This document shows, piece by piece, positions 46,896-54,672 of a DNA stretch of 64,000 nt (within the stretch, counting starts at the first letter, position 1; each line of letters starts with the position of its first letter). A program made the position numbers and the translations under genes. Source of the DNA: Candidatus Latescibacterota bacterium (GTDB lineage Bacteria; Latescibacterota; UBA2968; UBA8231); NCBI GenBank assembly GCA_965242865.1, contig CBDETK010000013.1, positions 4,384,001 through 4,448,000 on the forward strand, written 5' to 3'. The notes under the pieces were generated by a model that was given only the letters and a program-made list of their open reading frames with translations, had not been told where the DNA came from and searched no databases.

Positions 46896-49800
46896 CTAAG
46901 CGCTGCGGTCGAGCAGCGTATAGACCACGGGAATGAGCACGAGGGTCAGCAGCGTGGAGACTAAAAGGCCGCCGATGACCGTAACGGCCATGGGCGCACG
47001 GATCTCGGCCCCTTCGCCCAGCCCCAAGGCCATGGGCAACAGCCCCAAGACGGTCGTTGAGGTCGTCATTAGAATCGGTCGGAAGCGCACTTCGCCGGCG
47101 CGCAGGACCGCGGCGAATTTTTCCATGCCTTCGTCGCGGCGCAGGTGGTTGATGTAATCGACGAGGACGATGGCGTTGTTGACCACAATGCCGGCCAGCA
47201 TAATAAGGCCAATGAGCACCACCACGCTGATGGTAGTGCCGGTCGCGAGCAGGCCGAGGGCACTGCCGATCAGGCCCAAGGGAATGGTGAACATGATGAC
47301 CAGCGGATGCAGAAGCGACTCAAATTGCGAAGCCATGACCAGATAGACCAAGAACACCGCCAACAGCAGGGCGAATTTCATGCTGTCAAAGGAGCGGACC
47401 ATTTCCTCGTTTTGGCCGCCGACCGCCACGGTGAAGCCTTCGGGCAGGGGCAAGGCGGCGAGGACGGCTTCAATTTCCGCTACTACGCCGCCCAGATCGC
47501 GGCCGGCGAGGTTGGCCGAGATGACGGCGACGCGCTCTTGGTCGAGGCGTCGGATCTCGGCCGGGCCTTCTACCGCCCGCACTTGGGCCACTGATTCGAG
47601 CGCGACCGGCACCGGGTAGGACGCCGGGCTGACGACCATCTGCTTGAGGTCCGCGACGGTCTGGCGTTCCTCGTTGAGCGCGCGCACCCGGATATCGACC
47701 TTGCGGTCGCGGCGCGCCAGCTCGGTGGCGACATCGCCTTGCAGCTTGTTGCGCAACAGCTCGCCGATGTTCTGCACGGTGGTGCCCAGCTCGGCCACGC
47801 GCCGGCGGTCGAAGACGATCTGCACTTCGGGTTGGCCGCCGGCCGTGCTAGAGCGGATGTCGGTCAGCCCGGGGATGGCGTGCAACCGCTCGACCGCTTG
47901 GTCGGCCAACAGACCGAGCGCACTCAGGCTGTAGCCGCTGATTTCCACCTCTATCGGGGTGCGGAAGGAAAAATACGCGGGCCGCGAGAATTTGAACTTC
48001 AGGTCGGGGACGCGCCCGAGGAGGCTGCGGACCGCTTCGATGGCCGCTTCTTCGCTGTGCGCCGGCGCGAGCCGCACGTGGAGGTGGGCGGTGTGCTCCT
48101 TTTTATCCGCGGCCGTGCCACCGGCTTGGGCGCTGCTGCCGACGAGCGCGAAGACCGAGGCGATTCCGCTGAGACCGCGAATTTGTCTGTCGAGCGCGGC
48201 GACTTGGGCGGCGGTCTGCTCCAGCGGGGTGCCAGCGCGCCATTCGAGATCGACGAGGAACTCGCCTTGGCTCATCTCCGGGATCAGTTCCAGCCCTAGG
48301 TGCTGCGCCCGCCCGAGGACTAAGGCCCCTAGCGCAATAAAGGCCGCCAAGACCAGCCCGCGCCGGCGCAACGCCCAACTCAAAAAGAGTGGGTACGCTT
48401 TGTTGAACGCGCTGAATACGAGGTCGAATAGCCAGTACAGGGGAAAGAGCAGGGTGGAAAAGACCCGGCCTAGGGCGCGGCCCAGCGTGCGGAGCAGGCC
48501 GATGAGGAGGGCCGGGCCTTGGACGCCGCGTTTGGGGCCGATCGCTTCGGCCTCGGCAATCATGCGCTCAAGGCTCAGCGACGAGAGCATGGGGATCAGC
48601 ATCAGCGCCACCACCAAGGAGGCGACCAGCGAGTACGTGACGGTGAGGGCCTGATCGCGAAAGAGCTGACCGGCCACCCCCTCGACAAAGACGATGGGCA
48701 AAAAGACGCAGATGGTGGTGGTAGTCGCGGCGATGACCGCGCGGCCGACCTCGCTGGCCCCGCGCACGGCCGCGGCCAAGACGCTCAGCCCTTGGTCGCG
48801 GTAGCGCTGCACGCTTTCCAAGACCACGATGGAGTTGTCAACCAGCATTCCGACCCCCAAAGCCAGCCCGCCCAGCGACATGATGTTGAGGCTCACGTCC
48901 GAGCCGAACATCAGGAAAAAGGTCGCGACCACGGACAGGGGGATCGACAGGCCGATGATGGCCGTGCTTTTGAGGTCGCGGAGGAAGAGGAACAGGACGA
49001 CCACGGCGAGGATGCCGCCGAGGATGGCGGTGTTGAGCACCTCGTCAACGGCTTGCTGGATAAAGGTCGCTTGGTTAAAGACGACCTCCATGCCGCTGTC
49101 TTGCAGCAGCGAGGCGTTTTCTGCGAGAAATTCGTCTAGACGCTCCTGCACGGCCGCGCTGACTTGGACGGTATTGGCGTCGCCCTCCTTAAAGACCGCG
49201 ACCTCAACGCCCTCGCGGCCGTTGATCCGGGTGACGAGGTCGCGCTCGCGGTGGCCGCGGAAGACGCGCCCCACGTCCTTGAGCTTGATCGGGGCGCGCC
49301 CGAGCTGACCGATGACGATTTCGCCGATCTCGTCAATGCCTTGGAACTCATTGAGGGTTCGGACGAGGAACTCGGCTTCGCCGTCCTTGAGCACCCCGCC
49401 GGTCAGGTTGACGTTTTCCGCGGCGAGGCGGCTGGTGACTTGGTTGATGGAGATGCCGAGGTGGGCTAGGCGCTGGGCTTCGACTTCGACTTGGATCTCT
49501 TCCTCTAGGCCGCCGTTGATGCGGACAGCCGCTACGCCTTCAAGGCTTTCGAGGTCTGGACGCAGGCGCTCTTCGGCAACGCGCCGCATCTCCAGCAGGC
49601 TCAACGTGCCGTAAAACGCCAAGCGCAGTACCGGGTCGAGCGAGGGGTCAAAGCGCAAGAGAATGGGCTTGCTGGCGTCGCGCGGCAGATTGGCCAAATC
49701 GAGCTTTTCGCGGATGTCGAGCGAGGCAAAGTCCATGTTGGTGCCCCAGCCGAACTCGACGACCACGTCCGCGATGCCCGGCCGCGAAATGGACGAGACG

Positions 49801-50036
49801 CGGACCACGTTGCTGACCACGCCGACCAACCCCTCGATCGGCTCGGCGATGAGACGCTCCAGCTCCAAGGGGGCCACGCCCTCGTATTCGGTGCGCACGG
49901 TGATCGTGGGATAGGTGATGTCCGGGAGGAGGTTGACTGCCAAGCGCGAAAAGCCGACCCCGCCAAAGGCGATGATCGCCACCATCAGCATCGCCACGGT
50001 GACGCGGCGGCGCGTGGAAAACTCGACGAGTTTCAC
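46896..50036 (-). CDS. RND permease (AcrB/AcrD/AcrF family), first subunit
   Basis: LLPDITYP, GMLVDNSIVV, SQFESLLHP, RFRPILMT, PMAVTVIGGL. Confidence 0.93.
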   Translation of the reverse strand: MKLVEFSTRRRVTVAMLMVAIIAFGGVGFSRLAVNLLPDITYPTITVRTEYEGVAPLELERLIAEPIEGLVGVVSNVVRVSSISRPGIADVVVEFGWGTNMDFASLDIREKLDLANLPRDASKPILLRFDPSLDPVLRLAFYGTLSLLEMRRVAEERLRPDLESLEGVAAVRINGGLEEEIQVEVEAQRLAHLGISINQVTSRLAAENVNLTGGVLKDGEAEFLVRTLNEFQGIDEIGEIVIGQLGRAPIKLKDVGRVFRGHRERDLVTRINGREGVEVAVFKEGDANTVQVSAAVQERLDEFLAENASLLQDSGMEVVFNQATFIQQAVDEVLNTAILGGILAVVVLFLFLRDLKSTAIIGLSIPLSVVATFFLMFGSDVSLNIMSLGGLALGVGMLVDNSIVVLESVQRYRDQGLSVLAAAVRGASEVGRAVIAATTTTICVFLPIVFVEGVAGQLFRDQALTVTYSLVASLVVALMLIPMLSSLSLERMIAEAEAIGPKRGVQGPALLIGLLRTLGRALGRVFSTLLFPLYWLFDLVFSAFNKAYPLFLSWALRRRGLVLAAFIALGALVLGRAQHLGLELIPEMSQGEFLVDLEWRAGTPLEQTAAQVAALDRQIRGLSGIASVFALVGSSAQAGGTAADKKEHTAHLHVRLAPAHSEEAAIEAVRSLLGRVPDLKFKFSRPAYFSFRTPIEVEISGYSLSALGLLADQAVERLHAIPGLTDIRSSTAGGQPEVQIVFDRRRVAELGTTVQNIGELLRNKLQGDVATELARRDRKVDIRVRALNEERQTVADLKQMVVSPASYPVPVALESVAQVRAVEGPAEIRRLDQERVAVISANLAGRDLGGVVAEIEAVLAALPLPEGFTVAVGGQNEEMVRSFDSMKFALLLAVFLVYLVMASQFESLLHPLVIMFTIPLGLIGSALGLLATGTTISVVVLIGLIMLAGIVVNNAIVLVDYINHLRRDEGMEKFAAVLRAGEVRFRPILMTTSTTVLGLLPMALGLGEGAEIRAPMAVTVIGGLLVSTLLTLVLIPVVYTLLDRSA

Positions 50037-51265
50037 TCGTCCCTACCTTGCCAGCGCCGAGGGCCTCCCCCGCCGCCTTGCTCGCGCAGGGCGCGCAAGC
50101 GTTGGCGCAAGCTGTCGGGCAGGGGCTTGCCGGCGCGGCGGTACTCGGCGATGACTTGGCGCAAGCTGTCGGGCAGGCCCTGCCGGCTGCTCCTTGGGGG
50201 CGCCGTTAGGCCCTCGCCGGCGAGGCGCACGGCCGCGCCGTCCTTGAGGCCCTCGTGGCCAATGGTCACGACTTGGTCGCCTTCTTTGAGGCCGGCGACG
50301 ATCTCGACCTGATCGCCCTCGGCAAAGCCCAACTCAACGGCCACCCGGCGCACCGTGCCGTCTTCGATGACAAAGACGTCGTCCTCGTCGGTTTCGAGGA
50401 TTAGGGCCTTCTTGGGGATGATCAAGGTTTGGGGCCGCCGTGCGGTAATGATGCGCACCGTGGCGAACATCCCCGGTTTGAGCACGCCGCCGCTGGCGAC
50501 TTCGAGGGTGACCTTGACGGTGCCGCTGGCGGGATCGACCTCTGGACTCATCATGCGGATGCGGCCGCGGAAGCTCGTGTCGGGCAGGGCCTCAACCGCG
50601 ATGGTTGCCTCTTGGCCGGGGTGCAACTGGTACATGCGCTGCTCGGGCGCGAAAATTTTCACCAGCAGCGGGCTGAGGTCCGCGACGACGAAAACCTCTT
50701 GATTGCCGCGGACCAGATCGCCCAACTCGACCAACCGCTGGGTGACAATGCCGGCAATCGGCGCGGCAATGTCTGCATACGCGAGATTGAGCTGGGCTTC
50801 TTCAAGGGCCAACGTGGCGTTGTCCAAGCGGAGGCGGGCCGCATCGTATTCGGATTGGCTGACCATGCTGCGCTCGTGCAGCGCCCGGATGCGGTCGTAG
50901 TTGGTGCTCGCGTCGGCAAAAGCCTCTTCGGCTTGACGCCCGTTCAGGCTCAGTTCGTCCTTGTTGAGGCGGACCATGACTTGGCCTTGGCGCACTCGGT
51001 CGCCCTCTTCGACCGCGAGCTCCTCCACTAAGCCGGTCGTGCGCGCCAAGACGCTGACGCGGCGCTCGGCTTCGAGGCGGGAGTACGTCTCGATGTAAGC
51101 GTTCATGTCGCCGCGCACGACCTGTTCGCCTTTGACCGGAATGGCGGCTGCTTCGCGCCCGCCCCAGCCGCCGCGCTGGGGGCCTGGTGCTGCTTGGTCC
51201 TCGCCGCACCCGAGCGCGAAGAGCAAGACGCTGCCGATGGACAGCGCGCATTGGCGAGCCGTCAT
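50033..51265 (-). CDS. RND periplasmic adaptor (MFP) lipoprotein
   Basis: Lipobox ALGC; VEEGDRV, IAAPIAG, LKPGMF, GLKEGDQVV. Confidence 0.9.
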   Translation of the reverse strand: MTARQCALSIGSVLLFALGCGEDQAAPGPQRGGWGGREAAAIPVKGEQVVRGDMNAYIETYSRLEAERRVSVLARTTGLVEELAVEEGDRVRQGQVMVRLNKDELSLNGRQAEEAFADASTNYDRIRALHERSMVSQSEYDAARLRLDNATLALEEAQLNLAYADIAAPIAGIVTQRLVELGDLVRGNQEVFVVADLSPLLVKIFAPEQRMYQLHPGQEATIAVEALPDTSFRGRIRMMSPEVDPASGTVKVTLEVASGGVLKPGMFATVRIITARRPQTLIIPKKALILETDEDDVFVIEDGTVRRVAVELGFAEGDQVEIVAGLKEGDQVVTIGHEGLKDGAAVRLAGEGLTAPPRSSRQGLPDSLRQVIAEYRRAGKPLPDSLRQRLRALREQGGGGGPRRWQGRDE

Positions 51266-51328
51266 CTGGAGCAGGCCCTAGGGGGTGTGTTGTTCACGGG
51301 GTTCCTTTCTGTGGGGTGTCGTCAAGAG

Positions 51329-51357
51329 AGTATAGACGCGGCGTCGATCGGTGTCAA
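51329..51357 (-). promoter_or_regulatory. Near-consensus sigma70 promoter of the efflux operon
   Basis: Minus strand TTGACA-N17-TATACT. Confidence 0.75.
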
Positions 51358-51358
51358 T

Positions 51359-51378
51359 AAAACTGACTGGTCAGTTTT
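51359..51378. promoter_or_regulatory. TetR-type palindromic operator
   Basis: AAAACTGAC-TG-GTCAGTTTT, perfect, immediately upstream of the -35 box. Confidence 0.7.
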
Positions 51379-51398
51379 TCCGATTCGACGAGGGCGCG

Positions 51399-51743
51399 TT
51401 AGCGCGGCTTTTCCAAGGCCGCCAACCGCTCGGCCGCGTCGGCCGGAGCGACGAATATCATGGCCCGGCCCCTTTTGCCCATTTCGAGAACGCCGCGTTC
51501 TGCGAGATCCAACAAATCGGTTCGCGCCGTTTGGTAGGCGACGTTGTGGCTTTGTTGGTGGCTGGCGATGGTATAGCGTTGGCCCGGATTGTCGAGGGCA
51601 TGGCGGATGAGAGCGACCTGCCGGTGATTGAACAGCGCGAGTGCTTGGATGTCCTGCTCGGCTTGGCGCAGTTGAGCCGCTTTTCGCTCAATGTAGCGAT
51701 GTAGCTCGTCAATGGACCGAGAAATCACTTTGGTCTGGGCTAG
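51399..51743 (-). pseudogene. C-terminal winged-HTH remnant of a Fic-family protein
   Basis: LAQTKVISRSIDELHRY...NHRQVAL...YTIASHQQSHNVAYQTARTDLLDL; no HPFxDGNGR domain upstream. Confidence 0.65.
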
Positions 51744-51748
51744 GCAAC

Positions 51749-51800
51749 TAGTAATTAAATGTCAACAAATTACTAATTAATACTAAATTAGTAATTAAAT
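51749..51800. promoter_or_regulatory. AT-rich operator-like array
   Basis: Direct repeat TAGTAATTAAAT (51749-60, 51789-800); inverted repeat AATTACTAATT-N7-AATTAGTAATT (51768-96); minus-strand TTGACA. Confidence 0.55.
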
Positions 51801-51875
51801 CCCCGCTGCCGAGCCATTCGACAGGCCGCAAACGATCCTGCTACTGAGTGTATTCTATCCGCTGCCCGTTCACTT

Positions 51876-51904
51876 TTGCAGGCCGTAGCCACAGCCCCTA
51901 TAAT
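51876..51904 (+). promoter_or_regulatory. Sigma70-type promoter
   Basis: TTGCAG-N17-TATAAT upstream of the DUF151 gene. Confidence 0.55.
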
Positions 51905-51947
51905 TGGGCCGTGTGCAAGAGACTCAAACCGAAACAGGAGCGATATA

Positions 51948-52415
51948 ATGAAACAGCTCCTCGTGGCCTTGGCGGCCCTTGCGCTGGCAGCCTGTGGCCG
52001 AGAACCCCCGGTGGACCTCATCCCCGCCCGCATTGTCGATGTGCGCGACTTTGGCACCGATGGAGTGGCGGTCGTGCTCAAAGGGGACGACGTGCCGCCG
52101 CTACCCATTATCATCGGCCACTGCGAGGCGCGGGCGTTAGTCGGGGCCATGCAGGACGAGGATTTCCCGCGCCCGCTCGCGTACGATCTGTTGGAAGCGA
52201 TGCTGGAGAAGTTGCAAGGCGAGGTAATGCACCTCGTCGTCCACAGCATCAAGGACAACACCTTTCACGCCAATTTGTACATTGAAACCGCGGCCGGCGA
52301 GTGGGTGCTCGATTGCCGGCCCAGCGACGGCATGGTGCTGGTCACGCGCCTCGGCGCCCCCATCTACTTGCGGCCGCGGCTTTTTGAGCCCAAAGACCTA
52401 AGCCCACAGGTATAA
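51948..52415 (+). CDS. Bifunctional nuclease (DUF151/BFN) domain protein with a lipoprotein signal
   Basis: LPIIIGHCEA, RPLAYDL, TFHANL, LDCRPSDG; AGGAG RBS; MKQLLVALAALALAAC. Confidence 0.8.
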   Translation: MKQLLVALAALALAACGREPPVDLIPARIVDVRDFGTDGVAVVLKGDDVPPLPIIIGHCEARALVGAMQDEDFPRPLAYDLLEAMLEKLQGEVMHLVVHSIKDNTFHANLYIETAAGEWVLDCRPSDGMVLVTRLGAPIYLRPRLFEPKDLSPQV

Positions 52416-52431
52416 CCAAGAGGCGAGTGCC

Positions 52432-53433
52432 ATGCCCTATCGCGTCGGCCTCGTGGGCACGGGCGGCATTGCCCGCGCTCACGGCCGGGCCTGTCAGCAG
52501 ATCGCCGCAGCCGAACTCGTGGCTGTCTGCGACGTGTCCGCAGCGCAGTTAGCGCGCTACGGCGAGGAGTTCGGCGTTGCAGCGCGCTACACCGATCTCG
52601 ACGCCATGCTCCGCGAGGCCGAGCTAGACATTGCCATCATCTGCACTTGGGGCGCCTCTCACGCCGAGACCGGGATTCGGCTCTGCAATTCGGGGCGGGT
52701 CCAAGCCGTACTCTGCGAAAAGCCCTTCACCCAAGACGCGGCTCAAGCAGCGGCCTTTGCTGCGGCCGGCCGGAAAAACCGCGTTCTCGTGGCCGAGGCG
52801 TTTAAGTTTCGCCATCACCCCATGCACCTGCGGGCCAAGGCCCTGATCGACGCGGGCGCGATCGGCGATGTAGTCGGCGTGCGGAGCACGTTTTGCACCA
52901 GTTCCGGGGGGGCACTTAGCGAGCGCACGCCCGAGTCGAACTGGCGCTTCAACAAGGCCAAAGGCGGCGGCAGTATCTACGACTTGGCCTGTTACAACAT
53001 TCACCATGCGCGGTTCGCGTTTGGCGAGGAGCCGGAGCGGGTGTTTGCCGCCCAGCAGCGAGGCCTAGAGACCGACGATGCCGCGTCCATTGTGCTCGTC
53101 TTTTCGCGGGGCCGCACCGCGCAAATCGCCGTAGGTTTTAATGCGTTCAGCTCGCAGTACGCGGAAATTTCCGGGCACCGCGGGATGCTGCGGCTAGACC
53201 AAGCGTGGAACAACGAGAACCGAGCCGTCGCCATAGAGCATCACACGCCGACTGGGGTAGAGGTCGTCGAATTCCCGCCCTGCTTTCAGTTTGCCTTGCA
53301 GTTGCAGCACCTGTGCGAGTGCTTGGCCGAGGGGCGACCGCATCGGATCGCACCGGAGCACAGCGTCGCGCAGATGCGGGTGTTAGACGCGGTGAAGGAA
53401 TCGATGGAGACGGGGCGGGCGGTGGCGTTGTAA
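52432..53433 (+). CDS. Gfo/Idh/MocA oxidoreductase
   Basis: VGLVGTGGIA, LCEKP, GGGSIYDLACY. Confidence 0.9.
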   Translation: MPYRVGLVGTGGIARAHGRACQQIAAAELVAVCDVSAAQLARYGEEFGVAARYTDLDAMLREAELDIAIICTWGASHAETGIRLCNSGRVQAVLCEKPFTQDAAQAAAFAAAGRKNRVLVAEAFKFRHHPMHLRAKALIDAGAIGDVVGVRSTFCTSSGGALSERTPESNWRFNKAKGGGSIYDLACYNIHHARFAFGEEPERVFAAQQRGLETDDAASIVLVFSRGRTAQIAVGFNAFSSQYAEISGHRGMLRLDQAWNNENRAVAIEHHTPTGVEVVEFPPCFQFALQLQHLCECLAEGRPHRIAPEHSVAQMRVLDAVKESMETGRAVAL

Positions 53434-53490
53434 AAGCGCACGCCCCATTCGCCCTCCTTGTGAACACTTTGACCAAAGAAAGGACGAATC

Positions 53491-54597
53491 ATGCGCGTTG
53501 GCATTATTGGACACACCGGCCGGGGCAATTACGGCCACTACCTCGACATGGCCTTTGTCGGGGTGGAAGGCGCGGAGATTGTGGCACTGGCCGATCCCGA
53601 CGAGGCTGGACGCCAAGCCGCCGTCGCCAAGACCGGAGCCCCCAAGGGATACGCCGATTACGTGGAAATGTTAGAGGCAGAGCGGCCGGATATTGCGGTG
53701 GTGGCCTCGCGGGAGATCGGCGATCATCTGGCGTTGGTGCTCAACTGCGTGGAGCGCGGCGCCCACGTGTACCTCGAAAAGCCGGTCGCGGCTTCGGTCT
53801 CCCAAGTTGACCAGATGATCGCCGCGCGCGACAAGGCCGGCGTGACAGTGGTGGTGGCGCATCCTTGGCGAGGGCATCCGCCGATCCAGCGGGTGGCGAT
53901 TCCGGCGATTAAGGCCGGGAAAATCGGCTCGCCGCGGCTGTGCCGGATCTATGGGATGGGCGGCGCGCACGGCGGGGATCAACTGTTTTTGGACTTGTAC
54001 CCGCATTTCTTTGACTTGCTCTATCAGTTGTTTGGGCCGCCGCTGTGGTGTCATGCCCATCTGACGCAGGACGGGCGCAGCGCGACGCCGGCGGATTTGC
54101 AGGAAGGCGTTGAAGGGATGGGCTTGGTGGCCGGCGATGGGATCAAGGCGTACTACGAGTTCCCGGGCGGAGTAGTGGCCGATTTTGAGTCCTACCGGGG
54201 CGACGGCAAGGAGAATCCCTACCGGATCGATATCCACGGGACCGAAGGGACTCTGTCGTTGCCCGGGCCGATGGTCAATTTGCCGGACATATACTACCAC
54301 CCGCTGGTCAACCCCGGGCTGATCAACGACTCGCGCTGGGAGGTCGTGCCTGCGTCGCCGCCGCCGGACGAGCACAAGTGGCTCAACGCCCACCGCCGCA
54401 TGGCGCGGTCCATGATCGACCTAATCGAAGGTCGTGCGCCGGAGTGGGAGTTGGTCGCGCTGGAGAATGCGCGGCTCTACCTAGAAATGGCGATGATGGC
54501 CCACGCCTCGCATCGGGCCGGAGCGCGGGTTGAGCTGCCGCTGGCGAGCACGGCGAATCCGTTTGACGACTGGGCGTTAGGAATCGATGCGACATAA
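53491..54597 (+). CDS. Gfo/Idh/MocA oxidoreductase
   Basis: VGIIGHTGRGNYGH, HVYLEKP, IHGTEG. Confidence 0.88.
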   Translation: MRVGIIGHTGRGNYGHYLDMAFVGVEGAEIVALADPDEAGRQAAVAKTGAPKGYADYVEMLEAERPDIAVVASREIGDHLALVLNCVERGAHVYLEKPVAASVSQVDQMIAARDKAGVTVVVAHPWRGHPPIQRVAIPAIKAGKIGSPRLCRIYGMGGAHGGDQLFLDLYPHFFDLLYQLFGPPLWCHAHLTQDGRSATPADLQEGVEGMGLVAGDGIKAYYEFPGGVVADFESYRGDGKENPYRIDIHGTEGTLSLPGPMVNLPDIYYHPLVNPGLINDSRWEVVPASPPPDEHKWLNAHRRMARSMIDLIEGRAPEWELVALENARLYLEMAMMAHASHRAGARVELPLASTANPFDDWALGIDAT

Positions 54598-54672
54598 GGA
54601 AAGTCGAGCACTAGTAGCTGATCCAGTGATTCCCATAGTGCAGTGCCAATTTTTTGCCAGTCTTTTGCTTTG

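Noticed and set aside
50095-50182. LPDSLRQ duplicated in the MFP tail
   Set aside because: A short repeat in a low-complexity C-terminal extension with no evidence of a separate function.
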